Source: a virus. Taken from it: DNA of 64,000 bases. How positions within the stretch are numbered: the first letter of the stretch is position 1; each line of letters opens with the position of its first letter. The stretch lies in the IMG/VR virus record IMGVR_UViG_3300027844_002282, one strand, 5' to 3'. A program made the position numbers and the translations under genes. The notes under the pieces were generated by a model. The model did not search any database, was not told the origin of the DNA, and was given only the letters and a program-made list of their open reading frames with translations. Below are positions 38,353 through 49,600 of the stretch, piece after piece.

Positions 38353-38547
38353 TCAACAATATCCCTTGTGGAGCAAAATATCACTTCTGGAAGATCGTTT
38401 ATTGGGAAGAACTTCCATTCTTCGTACTTGTCCTTTTCCATTATCTTTGGGGGCCTGTCTCGTGTCCCATTTAGCGATGAAGAACAATGTTACATAATGC
38501 AATCCCTCGTCCTCCATTATATTATTTGTGAAACGAACTTGTTCCAC
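38353..38547 (-). pseudogene. Nudix hydrolase fragment
   Basis: TNNIM...HYVTLF segment typical of NUDT15-like proteins; flanking frames broken. Confidence 0.45.
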
Positions 38548-38925
38548 ACTATCTATTGTAACACCAGACTCTTCTTTAACTTATCGTTCGCAACATTCAA
38601 AGAACCCCTCTCCAATATCTATATGACCGCCGTCACAAAGAGCTTGAAAGACAACAGAGACGCTGCTTTCACCCATAAAGTCAATAAACTTTTTTTCACC
38701 ATCAAGAATTATTCTCATATGCTCGAAAAAATGTTCGGGACATGAGATCAACCCAAGTATTGCGTTGGTCGCCTTCATATTATCAATAAAGTTGCAAAGA
38801 TAACCACGGCTTCTTCCAATATAAGAAGATAAATTTTTCAATGCATAATCATCAATCTCCGAAAAGATGATTATGCGTCAACATTGAATTCGTTCCATTA
38901 ACAATAATATTGACTGATTCCTTGC

Positions 38926-39237
38926 TCATTTCTTTTTCCTCTTTGGTTTTTCGTCTTTATTTAATTGTTTGTAATCAGCGAAATCTACGTCAGGGAGATC
39001 GAAGCTCATCTCTTTCTCATCAAGAGATTGGAGAGCTTCTATCAACTCCTTAGGATAAAAATGTGTCAAGTGAAGCTCACCTTTGTTGAGATCCTTGAGT
39101 ATGTATAAGCTAAAACTATTTCGAGGTGCTTTGTGAGAGTGGTTTTTGATTAAGACCCAATACTCTCGTGGATTTTTGGCGCTCGAAACTATTTTTATTA
39201 CTGTGCCGTAATAGAGGCGCTGACCTTCAGTTATCAT
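38926..39237 (-). CDS. hypothetical protein
   Basis: 103-aa ORF coupled to the upstream ORF. Confidence 0.55.
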   Translation of the reverse strand: MITEGQRLYYGTVIKIVSSAKNPREYWVLIKNHSHKAPRNSFSLYILKDLNKGELHLTHFYPKELIEALQSLDEKEMSFDLPDVDFADYKQLNKDEKPKRKKK

Positions 39238-39475
39238 CTTTTTCTACAACACTTATCCAGTGCCCTACGGAGTATGCAGAAAAGATCTTTCCACGGGTGT
39301 CAAAAAAATCCAAGACTCCAGCGCGGATTTCAAAACGATCCGCAGATATCGTTGCAGAGGAACGATCCGTGTGGTGCCCTCCTGGCATACCAGGGCTCAA
39401 TGTTCCTACTATGTATGTCATATAACGCCTCATAAGTTAAGTTATTTTTGTTAGCTGGTGAGGTACTATAGCTCG

Positions 39476-39880
39476 CTAATCCAGGATATCAACAGTATGC
39501 GCCCGTTTTTTTCTATGTTTTCTCCAGGCACACCAGCCACCGGCCCTGCACCCGAACCACATTAGGAGTCTCAGGTAGGTTTTGGTCCCCGAAGATTTCA
39601 TAGCGCGACGAAAAATACCGTCAGCATCTTTTCTCGACACAATTCCTGTAGCGTATAGGTAATCGTGAAGAACCGCAGCGGCGGCATAAGTCCCCGTTGG
39701 TGGAATGAGATTCCAGAAAATTCTTGGAATAGAAGCAAAATCTGTAATTGTCCCCTTAGGAACCGTAAATGTTTCACGATTACCTTTGTAGCGAAGAATG
39801 TTTTCGGTCTTCCAATATCTACTGTTATGTTGTCGTACAACTACATCATCTAAAAAATTATTACCCACTTGATACCTCAA
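39476..39880 (-). CDS. DUF1353-like protein
   Basis: VPKGTITDFASIPR, AAVLHDYLY and RKDADGIF. Confidence 0.8.
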   Translation of the reverse strand: MRYQVGNNFLDDVVVRQHNSRYWKTENILRYKGNRETFTVPKGTITDFASIPRIFWNLIPPTGTYAAAAVLHDYLYATGIVSRKDADGIFRRAMKSSGTKTYLRLLMWFGCRAGGWCAWRKHRKKRAHTVDILD

Positions 39881-39883
39881 GGT

Positions 39884-40639
39884 TTAATAGGAGTCGCCAG
39901 AAACCCAATTGGGATCTGGAGTCCAAGGATCAGGTTTGATAACCGTCACACACTCCGAGGGGATCATCCCAAAGAAAACCAAAGTATCATCCGAAAGCAT
40001 ATCACCATCTATTTGTTCATCGTAATAATTTTCAACCCCTATCATATGGGCAAGGGCTTCTTTTTTATGGTACCCTTCGAGCGGATCTTCGCCGCCGACC
40101 TCTGGCACGGCACCCATCGATTTCATTTTCCCAACATCGATTTCTACAATAGCATCATAGTCTCTGTCGGCAGTTTCGTAATCTGGAGAGGTGAAGACCC
40201 CACTTGGAGTCCATTTATTACTGAGCCCCCTACTTTCACTTCTTGGCTCTATCCCCTCATGGACGAGAGAATTTAATCGGTCAGAAGTAGTCCCGTGGTA
40301 GACTTTGTAATTATCGCCGACAGTGTCCCAAAACGGATCTTCTTCAGGGCTTGCTATATAACTATATATCTCCAGATCTGAAATATCACTAAGCCATTCA
40401 TTTGTGTCCTTTATTGAAACACCAAATCCCTGTAGGCTACCATCCTTATTGAAGTCGTCAATTAACTGATCGTTGTCAAATACCAGAACAGGAGATGCTT
40501 CATGGAATTTAACTATTTCAAAAGTCTTCCCATAGTGATTCAAGATATTGATAATCCTTTGAGTACTTTCCGACTCTTCAATATCATCGTCAAAATATCC
40601 AGAAAAAGTCTCTTCTTGTGCTGATTTATACCAATCCAT
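39884..40639 (-). CDS. WYK-leader protein with an ADP-ribosyltransferase-like domain
   Basis: likely start MDWYKSAQ at 40639; VYHGT..GIEP..GVFTS pattern. Confidence 0.7.
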   Translation of the reverse strand: MDWYKSAQEETFSGYFDDDIEESESTQRIINILNHYGKTFEIVKFHEASPVLVFDNDQLIDDFNKDGSLQGFGVSIKDTNEWLSDISDLEIYSYIASPEEDPFWDTVGDNYKVYHGTTSDRLNSLVHEGIEPRSESRGLSNKWTPSGVFTSPDYETADRDYDAIVEIDVGKMKSMGAVPEVGGEDPLEGYHKKEALAHMIGVENYYDEQIDGDMLSDDTLVFFGMIPSECVTVIKPDPWTPDPNWVSGDSY

Positions 40640-40640
40640 A

Positions 40641-40895
40641 TTAATAACTCTCAATAGATATTGACCACTCAGTCTCAATAGATTCGATTTCTGAGATAGT
40701 CTTGTCGATATTTTCCGGCGGCATTTCGCTGGGGTTGAAAAAAACAATAGCGGACTTATTCATCTTGTTAAAATGAGGAAACCCATCTCCGCCAAATCTT
40801 CGAAAAGAAGACACGATTGAATTCAATTGTAGAGTTAGATTGTCTTTGGAATCATTTTCCTGAATACTCTTCGCCTTTTTATACCAATCCATCAT
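40641..40895 (-). CDS. WYK-leader hypothetical protein
   Basis: MMDWYKKAK; AGGG RBS and AGG-N19-GTA motif upstream. Confidence 0.65.
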   Translation of the reverse strand: MMDWYKKAKSIQENDSKDNLTLQLNSIVSSFRRFGGDGFPHFNKMNKSAIVFFNPSEMPPENIDKTISEIESIETEWSISIESY

Positions 40896-40943
40896 GTAAC
40901 CCCTTGTATTGTTATAAATACAAAACAAGACTTAAAAGACCCT

Positions 40944-41318
40944 TCAAGATGGCCATGGCCAGTTCCTCAATCCCTTTCTGTTGGCGATAGTGATGTGGAA
41001 TTTCTTGAATCTGTCAAAATGGGCCGTGAGGCCCAACTCGGCGCGAATAGCCATAATTTCTTCGGAGTATACACTGAGCCAGAAATACGTCCTGTCCTCA
41101 TTGATATATGTTGAATAATCAAAAGAAAAACGTTTTCCAGCATACTTTCCCCACGCTTCCAAGTTCGTTGGAGTCTCGTATTTACCCCTAACGACGGTGA
41201 TATGAGGACGATACATGGGTTGTTGAACCTTGATCCAGTAAGGGATGAAAGCCCTGTAATATCGGGAAATTTCCGGGTCGATGTCAATGGCCGCACGATA
41301 ACTGTTGCCATATCTCAA
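40944..41318 (-). CDS. 2H phosphoesterase family protein
   Basis: two HxT motifs (PHITVV, FHITIA). Confidence 0.7.
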   Translation of the reverse strand: MRYGNSYRAAIDIDPEISRYYRAFIPYWIKVQQPMYRPHITVVRGKYETPTNLEAWGKYAGKRFSFDYSTYINEDRTYFWLSVYSEEIMAIRAELGLTAHFDRFKKFHITIANRKGLRNWPWPS

Positions 41319-41520
41319 GATCCCATCAGATTTGAAAAGTGTTTCTTGGATATTTTCCTCCTAACCGGTTAACATGCATCTGTTACGCTAAATATCAAGA
41401 CCCAGAGGATAAACTGAGAATAATGAGGTAAAATTATGGTATGGCGGTAAAAACTACAAATCATCTGGTTTCACCCACATTCCTTGATATAACAATAATA
41501 ATCCTATGTAAAGGGAAGAA

Positions 41521-41979
41521 ATGGACAAATTCTTCAAATCAGTTCATTGCACGAGCAGATCGCATTGCAAAGCATGTAGAACCGATCTTCAATTCAGACA
41601 ATCTATAGTTAGAACCTTTGATGGGGATGACGATAATTTCGAGTGTCCGTTTGGCAAAACAAGTGAAAACCTTGACGAAAATAAACCGAAGGAAAAAAAT
41701 AAAGCGGCGGCAAGTCCAAAAAAAGAGAAGAAGCCAGAAGAAGCAAAGATGCCATCCAAAATTACTCAGGCAAAAAATGCGGCTGTGGCAGCGAGTAAGC
41801 TTGCCAAGCAGGTTGTCTCTCTGAAGAAAGTCAAAGTTTCAGACGAAGAGTATAATAGAAGGATGGAGATCTGTAAAGGGTGTGATAAGTTTAAGAAAAA
41901 TAGATGCACAGTTTGCGGATGTGTCAGCAAATGGAAAAACAAACTTCAAACGGAAACATGTCCAATTGGAAAATGGTAA
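41521..41979 (+). CDS. Cys-rich protein (DUF6171-like C-terminus)
   Basis: R..ICKGC...C.VCGC...K....CPIGKW. Confidence 0.7.
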   Translation: MDKFFKSVHCTSRSHCKACRTDLQFRQSIVRTFDGDDDNFECPFGKTSENLDENKPKEKNKAAASPKKEKKPEEAKMPSKITQAKNAAVAASKLAKQVVSLKKVKVSDEEYNRRMEICKGCDKFKKNRCTVCGCVSKWKNKLQTETCPIGKW

Positions 41980-42223
41980 AAAAAAATTCCCCTCATTAAT
42001 AAAGCAGGGAACAAACCTGGCCACAGCCGTGGGCAGAGTGATCGCCACGCTTGCGGACGGGGATGATGTGTTTGTCGATTCTGAAACAAAAGATATGAGG
42101 ACAAGTATCTGTTCATCCTGTGACAGATTAGACAAAGAATCAATGCGTTGTTATGAATGTGGGTGTAGAATTCCCAATAAGATCCCTTTTGATACAGAAG
42201 GGTGCCCAATAGGTAAATGGTAA
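41973..42223 (+). CDS. second Cys-rich paralog; start probably frameshifted in an A-run
   Basis: R..ICSSC...CYECGC...K....CPIGKW. Confidence 0.6.
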
Positions 42224-42243
42224 TACAACTTAGGTAGAACTTA

Positions 42244-43875
42244 ATGAACGACAATCTCAAAGAAAAGACCCCGAAGGTGGAGATCCTGTCAAACAGGCCA
42301 AGCCCATCAACCCTACTCTCTCCTTCAAATCTCAATGAGGGAATACTTCAAAAGATAAAGGAAAAGCCAAACCTTGGTAAATATTTCAAAAATTCTTTTC
42401 AGAAATGGGCCGATCTATCAGCGGATATTGAAAAAGAAAATAGCGACCCATGTAAGGCCAACTCCAAAGGTCGCCCACTTTTGAAGACCTTTGTCTGCGA
42501 GTTAAAAAAGGCCCCCAAGAAAGCGCAAAATCAAGTTTTTGAAATTCTTGGTAGAAAGAAGATCGTGGCTATTAGTAAGAAATGGATAAATCTTGAGTCA
42601 AATGAAATGACTCCTTTCAAGTATAAGAACTTAATGGCCGAGAAAGCCCCTGAGTCTAACAAACAAATAGTCAGGGGGGCTGTGCCCCAAAGGAAGTCTC
42701 TACCAACCGAGAAAATAGAAAAGAAAGGCCCTGAGGCTCCTATAGATAATTCCGAGAAGTATGCTCACTTAATAAAAAAAGAAAAGCACATATTTAAGAA
42801 CCATCAAGGACCTGGCGATATTGTGATGCTAACAGCGGCGGTCAGAGATTTGATGGCGTGTTACCCAGATAAATACATAATTGACGTTGACACGACATCA
42901 ATGAGTATTTGGGAAGGAAACCCAAATGTTCAATTCGGAAAACAATTTTATGATAAGGATATAGAAAGACTTAATCCTGATGACCCGGACGTAACAGTAC
43001 ACCAGTTTGGGTACGATCTTATTCAGCAGTCTAATCAAGGCCCGTATCATTTTACTGAAGCGTTCACGGAAGAAATAGAACGCGCCTTGGGGGTGAGTAT
43101 AAAAAACAGACTTGGAAAGGGTGATATTCATATCAGACCACAAGAAGATATCTACGCCTGGACCGAAAGAACAACATGGTTCAAGGAATATGGATTAGAC
43201 CCTAACGCGCCATTTTGGGTTATTGATGCGGGACACAAGTTGGATTTCACTGCGAAGTTCTGGGGGAGCGGGAAATTCCAGGCGGTAGTTGATCATTTTA
43301 AGGGGAAGATAAATTTTGTTCAAATTGGACACGAAGATCATATCCACCCAAAACTTAATGGCGTAATCGATCTTATTGGAAAAACAGATGATAGAAAATT
43401 GATTAGATTGGTTTGGGCTTCAAGTGGTGTGTTAACGCCAGTTAGCTATCCGATGGTGCTGGCAGCAGCGATTCCGGTTAAACCCGGAACGTGCAATGGT
43501 CAAATGGAAAGACCGTGCGTTATTGTTGCTGGGGGAAGGGAGCCATCTGGATGGCAGGCACACACAAACCATCAGTTTGTACACACATGCGGAGCGTTAC
43601 CTTGTTGTCAAATCGGCGGATGCTGGAAGAGCAGAACGGTCCCCATTGGGGATGGGGACGAAAAAGACTCTTCAAACTTGTGTCACAATGTCACCGTTGA
43701 TGATTACAAAGAAGTGGTCCCTTATTGTATGCACATTATAACTCCAGAAGACATTATCAGGAGAATAGAATTGTATAACATTTTTTATGATGATGATCGA
43801 AAGAGATATTCGTATGACCCGGAAGTAAATAAAACCGCGCCAAAAGACACGCAGGTTGTCTCGTTGGCAAAATAA
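42244..43875 (+). CDS. family 9-like (heptosyltransferase-like) glycosyltransferase with a Cys-rich C-terminus
   Basis: GPGDIVML, DFTAKFW, FVQIG, DLIGKT, VAGGREP and CGALPCC..GGCWKSR. Confidence 0.8.
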   Translation: MNDNLKEKTPKVEILSNRPSPSTLLSPSNLNEGILQKIKEKPNLGKYFKNSFQKWADLSADIEKENSDPCKANSKGRPLLKTFVCELKKAPKKAQNQVFEILGRKKIVAISKKWINLESNEMTPFKYKNLMAEKAPESNKQIVRGAVPQRKSLPTEKIEKKGPEAPIDNSEKYAHLIKKEKHIFKNHQGPGDIVMLTAAVRDLMACYPDKYIIDVDTTSMSIWEGNPNVQFGKQFYDKDIERLNPDDPDVTVHQFGYDLIQQSNQGPYHFTEAFTEEIERALGVSIKNRLGKGDIHIRPQEDIYAWTERTTWFKEYGLDPNAPFWVIDAGHKLDFTAKFWGSGKFQAVVDHFKGKINFVQIGHEDHIHPKLNGVIDLIGKTDDRKLIRLVWASSGVLTPVSYPMVLAAAIPVKPGTCNGQMERPCVIVAGGREPSGWQAHTNHQFVHTCGALPCCQIGGCWKSRTVPIGDGDEKDSSNLCHNVTVDDYKEVVPYCMHIITPEDIIRRIELYNIFYDDDRKRYSYDPEVNKTAPKDTQVVSLAK

Positions 43876-43889
43876 AAGGATAAAAACAG

Positions 43890-45023
43890 ATGAAACCATA
43901 TGCTATTTTTCTTAGTTTAACCGAAAACTATGCGCATCTATTTAACGCACTCTATAACAGCGCCGAATTATTTGGCGTTGGGAAATATGCAGAATTTGTA
44001 GTAATGCATTTTGACTTGCCACCGGAATATGTAAAGATGATGGAAGAGAAAACAAAAGACCTTCAGACTAAGGTTAGATTTGTGACCATTGAGCCCCTCG
44101 AAGAGGACAAGAATGCCGGTAAGGTTATGACAGTTAAATACTATAGATATAAAATAATGTCTGAGATCGGAAAAGAATATAGATCAATCTGTTTTATTGA
44201 CACTGATATTTTCTTAGCGTCTGGTATCAAGGAGTATTTTGAGATCGCAGCAGCTACCGATTTGATCATTGGAACAAATGACAACGTCGTTAGAAATTAC
44301 AAGACTGATGTAACCCAAGGCACGGCCCCAGCATATGCTGATGAAAAGACCGGTGAAAAGTCTCCGGTGTTTGAGGAATGTACGTTTGATGGAAAATTCA
44401 TTTGTAATGTCCCAACATTTATCGACATGAAGAAATATGACTACTTATTTATGGATATTTTTAATCATAGGGGAAAAATGGGGATGGACAACACTTGGCC
44501 ATTCACGGGCGACCTTGAGACAATGAATATAGTTTTCTTGAAGAACAAGATCAAGCATAGGTTGATGGTTCTACCATCTCAATTATGGACCGGTGTTCAC
44601 CAGTCAATTTACAGAAGTAACACGGCTATGAAAAGGTGGAGACCACCAGAGAACTTTGTAACGTCTGATGAGAAAAGCTTCAATATAAAATATTTGTTCA
44701 TGTCCGAAACTTGTGAGCACGTCAGAGCATTCCATGGTAGAGATTGGACATCTGAAAAAAGCGAACGCGCATTGAAAGACAGATCGATGCCAAAGCTACT
44801 TTCCCAAATGGAAGGGGATTTTGAAGGCGAAACTCATCGCAGGGCATTGGAGAAAAGGGCAGAGATTTTTGACACAATTCAAGCCTACTTTTTGTTTCTA
44901 CAATTTCACGGAGCAGTGAGCCTTCACGATGTCCACAAGGTGAACAAAATTCAACAGGGCCGGTATGAATATATGAAAAAGAGATTTGCCGAACTTAAGA
45001 ACAAGATTGAAACTTTTAAATAA
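43890..45023 (+). CDS. GT-A glycosyltransferase (family 8-like)
   Basis: ENYAHL..LYNS, YYRY, FIDTD (DxD) and GDLETMN. Confidence 0.65.
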   Translation: MKPYAIFLSLTENYAHLFNALYNSAELFGVGKYAEFVVMHFDLPPEYVKMMEEKTKDLQTKVRFVTIEPLEEDKNAGKVMTVKYYRYKIMSEIGKEYRSICFIDTDIFLASGIKEYFEIAAATDLIIGTNDNVVRNYKTDVTQGTAPAYADEKTGEKSPVFEECTFDGKFICNVPTFIDMKKYDYLFMDIFNHRGKMGMDNTWPFTGDLETMNIVFLKNKIKHRLMVLPSQLWTGVHQSIYRSNTAMKRWRPPENFVTSDEKSFNIKYLFMSETCEHVRAFHGRDWTSEKSERALKDRSMPKLLSQMEGDFEGETHRRALEKRAEIFDTIQAYFLFLQFHGAVSLHDVHKVNKIQQGRYEYMKKRFAELKNKIETFK

Positions 45024-45033
45024 TGGAGAGATA

Positions 45034-45678
45034 ATGAAAAACCTACCTAAAGAATACGAAATTGACAATAGTGGTTTTCTTCATCAAAAAGGACATCATA
45101 AGTACGAGTACACAGTCGAGTATAGAAAAAAACAAAGCACAAATGAAGCAATGTCATACTTAAGATTAGGCTGGTTGTCCGCATCATTGTCCTATGAAGA
45201 AATGAAAAGTATGAAGATGGTTGATATTGGTTGTGGATCTGGAGAATTCGTAAAACACTGCCAAGGTAAGTTTTCATACGCTTGCGGATACGATGTCGTC
45301 GGAGACAGTATTTCAGAAGAAGAGCTTACAGAAACGGAATGGGATGTTATTTACCTGTCAGATGTTCTGGAGCACTATGAGAATGTCGAGGACCTTTTTA
45401 AGCTTAAATGGAAGTATGCGGTCATTTCATTTCCAGAGACACCCAAGGTCGAGGACTTCAATGAATTGAAAACCTGGAGGCACTACAAGCCAAATGAGCA
45501 CCTATATTACATGAACATAGACACCTTTGAGAATTGGATTAGCGATAAAGACGATTGCTGGGTTTATAAGCGCGGGCATTTCGAAGACTTAATAAGGGCG
45601 AGATGGGACGAGTCAAAGCCAAACATCGCCACTTTCTTGTTGGCAAGACTAAAGGACCCATCTAAGGAGAAAATTTGA
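45034..45678 (+). CDS. class I SAM methyltransferase
   Basis: VDIGCGSG, DVLEH and WRHYKPNEH. Confidence 0.85.
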   Translation: MKNLPKEYEIDNSGFLHQKGHHKYEYTVEYRKKQSTNEAMSYLRLGWLSASLSYEEMKSMKMVDIGCGSGEFVKHCQGKFSYACGYDVVGDSISEEELTETEWDVIYLSDVLEHYENVEDLFKLKWKYAVISFPETPKVEDFNELKTWRHYKPNEHLYYMNIDTFENWISDKDDCWVYKRGHFEDLIRARWDESKPNIATFLLARLKDPSKEKI

Positions 45679-46601
45679 AGTGTTTGTCAATAGTAATACC
45701 ATTCTTAAATGATGGTGAAAGCCTTGTACATACATTAGAAAATATCTCCGAAACCTCAAAAATACAAGACCTGGATATAATTGTCGTAGACGACCATTCT
45801 AACACACTCACATTTGATGAGACTAAAAAGTTTAATATCAGATATATGAGAAATCGTGAAAGGATGGGAGTGGCGTATTCTCGTGATATTGGATCGCACG
45901 TAACGCAAAGCGACAATATACTATTTTTAGATGCCCATATGAGATTCAAAGAATCGGGGTGGGTTGAGAAGATAACCAGCGCAATCAACCGATCCCCAAA
46001 TACCCTGTTTTGCTCGACATGTATCCCAATGTCCTCAGAACATGACGACTTATCTACTATTTCAGACAGGTATTATGGCGCAACAATAGAACTCACCACT
46101 AACCAAAAAGGCCTGGCGAGAGAGATAATCGAGCCAAAATGGATCACAGAACACGATTCAGACACAATTCCATGCGTTCTTGGAGCATGCTACGCCTTTA
46201 ATAAGGCCAAATACCACTCTTTACGCGGTCTTGAAGGCCTAAAAGGCTGGGGAGGCGACGAAATATATTTGAGCATGAAATATTGGCTATCTGGGGGGAG
46301 TTGTGAATTACTGTCAGATTTGGAAGTCGGACACCTATTCAGAGATAAAGCTCCGTATAAAACCGATATCCCCCTTTTGATACTCAACAAAATATTCATT
46401 TGCTCCGTATTATTTCCAGAAAACATCTCATCTTTATTGATAGATAAGCTGCCAAGGGACCCGGATTTTGAAGAGGCGACCATGGAATTCAGAAGGAATT
46501 TGGAGCAAATAATTGAATACAGAAAATACTATAAAGAAGCGATGGAAGAAGATTTCTCCAGTGTTTGCCAACTTCTAAATATACACGTGCCAGATGTTTA
46601 A
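45675..46601 (+). CDS. GT2 glycosyltransferase (ppGalNAc-T-like motifs)
   Basis: SIVIP, VVDDHS, FLDAH, WGGDE and VGHLFR. Confidence 0.85.
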   Translation: MKCLSIVIPFLNDGESLVHTLENISETSKIQDLDIIVVDDHSNTLTFDETKKFNIRYMRNRERMGVAYSRDIGSHVTQSDNILFLDAHMRFKESGWVEKITSAINRSPNTLFCSTCIPMSSEHDDLSTISDRYYGATIELTTNQKGLAREIIEPKWITEHDSDTIPCVLGACYAFNKAKYHSLRGLEGLKGWGGDEIYLSMKYWLSGGSCELLSDLEVGHLFRDKAPYKTDIPLLILNKIFICSVLFPENISSLLIDKLPRDPDFEEATMEFRRNLEQIIEYRKYYKEAMEEDFSSVCQLLNIHVPDV

Positions 46602-49600
46602 TTACATAGATCAATTATCAATATTAGATACTCCAGAAAATATCGTTTCACTAATAATGAAAATAGATGACTCTGACCGCCCTGTCGTGTCTTGGTTACG
46701 AAACGCTTCTGGATCAACTATTCTAAGATGCTTCAGGAATGACGGGTCATCATGGGTATTTAATGATTTGATGCTCAATGTGGCTCAAGATCTTAACCAC
46801 TTTGACTTCGTCGAAGCACCTAACTTTCTTCATTTTGTACACACGAACCTGGAAGAGTCCGGGGTAAATGTAGAAGTAAGGCATTCAAGATATTCAATTT
46901 CAGACAATGAATTTAATCTAACCCAGATAGTAGATTCTGGGGACATAGATTTCGCAATACCAATAGTCCACAACGGACTCGTCTATTTCGTATTGAGGAA
47001 AGACGGATCATTAATAGCAGAGAATGAAGTCGGCGCTGTTGATTTCACGAAACTCAGTCAACTTAATTTCGCGTCAACAACCACTAAGATCAGAGCAGCC
47101 TACAGTAAAAGGCATTTCTTTATCGTTTGGAGCGAAGAGGACGCAACTGATGCGGTAATAAAATCCGCCATGTATAACCTCATAACAAACAAGTGGCTAC
47201 CAACGCAAACAATAGCAACAGTAGATAAAACGAGTTATGAAATAGTATGCACAAAAAATAAGATTGGAGATTCCCCGTCCCCAGACCCACAATACAAACC
47301 GTTCTATTGCGCCATATCATATCGAGAAAGCAAGACAATAAATTATCTGTTTATCGAACACGGGCTCAGCGGTGGAGATACTTCGACAACAATATTCTCA
47401 AAGTCTTATGCCGGAGAAGTTCAGGACTTCACAGCGATTCCAAAGCTATCAATGTCTGTGGCTGGTCAAAAGGCTATCGTCGCCTCAGTAGCAGAAGAGT
47501 TCTATATCCTCAAAGCGACAGATATAGATATTGGGTTTACTCAAATAACGTCACCTGGACATAAAGTCTCAAATGATATGTCGTCATTTGTTCCAGTAAT
47601 AGATGGAGATACGATACACTATGCTTATGAGTCTGACAACATTGTATACGCCAATGCGCCGTTTCAATACTCAACAACAAGAGCGGAAAGATCTTTCTTC
47701 ACCAGTGATGGATCATCGGCTTATCTAAAGAAAACAAAGATCCCAGGTCTTGAGTTGTACTCAATCGAAGACATTATATTTGACAAGAATTTTGATCCTC
47801 CGTTTGTCTGGGTGACAAAGACAGGGACAAATACCGTCTTCCTATACGACACGAACAAAAAGACATTCTTGACAGACTTTGACTTCAGCGTAACAAAGCT
47901 ACCGACATTTCTGACCTTTGATAAAAAACTTCATAGAATTTTATATCTAATAGACGACACGCTTCATTACTATGATATTGAAGACCAATCAACCGAGAGT
48001 TTCACAACGTTTAATCTTATAGCCATGGATGGCCCAAAGCATATATCAATTGGCGGGAAAGAAATATTTATATCCGACTCTAACAACGACCGGGTTATAG
48101 CGATTGACAGATCCACTCTCGGTTTCTTAAGAAGCATAAGCAACAACTCAATGATAAAACCCTATTTCACACAGATCATATCAAGTGGGGGAATAATTGT
48201 TAAATGTATCGATAATATTTCGGTTTCAACAATCTATGAGTTCAATAAAATCGGAGATCTTTTAGCAAGCTACCCGTCCTATACCGTGACACCAGATGAT
48301 GAGCCATGGTATTTCTCAGCATTCTCAACGGCCTCAGATCAGTTCGCAACGACGTTTGACGGGTCGAGTAGTCTTCTTTGCATAGACACCTCTGATCATT
48401 CATTTTGGGTCACGACGTTTTCTGGATACACAATTAAGGGAATAGATATTGATCATGATACTGGACAAATTTTCGTCTCTGCAATAAACACCTCAAGTGA
48501 AAATGTAATCCTCGAAGTCGAGGGGCTCACTGGACAACTGGTTAGAGAGGTCCCCCAAACAGTCTCTGGGTTTGTTAGAATTCTTGACAAGAGCACGAAA
48601 AGTATCGATGTTGTTTCAAACTTGGTTGATGCAGAACATAGCGTTTCCGGGGCAATGACCTCAACATTCACTTCTGTAGAAATAGGCGGAACGCCAGTAA
48701 AGATCCCTGACCATACAATAACAGTATCAAGTGACACGACCTCTTATGAGCACCCAAAACAAAACGACAAGCATGTATACGACAAAATAGCCAAAGCCGA
48801 CATTTGGCATTTCAGACATACTGGATTGCAAGGGGCGAAAATATCTGTTAATCCCTTCTTGACATTCGACTACGACGACACTGGCACTGTGAGAAGAGTG
48901 CCAGTATTTTCATGGGCATATGATGAAGAAGATTATGTCGATACATATTTTATAAGCGATGGAAATGAAATTCAAAAGATGGCCATTTGGTACAATGACG
49001 ATGGTCCAAATACAGATTTTGTAAAGGTCGTGACAGAAAACAACACTGTCACTTCAATATTTACATACGACGGTAAACTCGCCGTGTCTGCTGGTGGGTA
49101 CCTATCAATATATTCTTATGACACCATGAACAGAATTACCTCTTGCTATTTCTCAGAAGATGTAATTGTTTATGATCATAAGTTTGACAAACTATACGCT
49201 GGATCGAAGTCAAGGGGAATCATATGGGAGATTGATCCAGATCTGATTTCATCATATGTAGAGCATGACGCGGAAGACGCAATCTCTGGAATTACCTGGT
49301 CTGACCATTACAAAAAATACATTGTTCAATGTGACAACTCAATAAAACTTTTTGACAAAGACACGGGCACGATAGAAACCATATTTGACACCAACGACTA
49401 TTTGATAAAGAGCGTCTCAATATTTGGCGAAGATATTTCTATAGGGCTTAAGAGCTACGAATTGATACCAGTAAATGGGGATTTCGACACTGATGACGAT
49501 TTTAATGCCGCTGTTGCAAATAGAAAAACAGATAGGGCAGTAGTCTTGAGAAAAGACTCTGTTAAATACATCTTCTCAAAAGACTTTGACTATGACTTCG

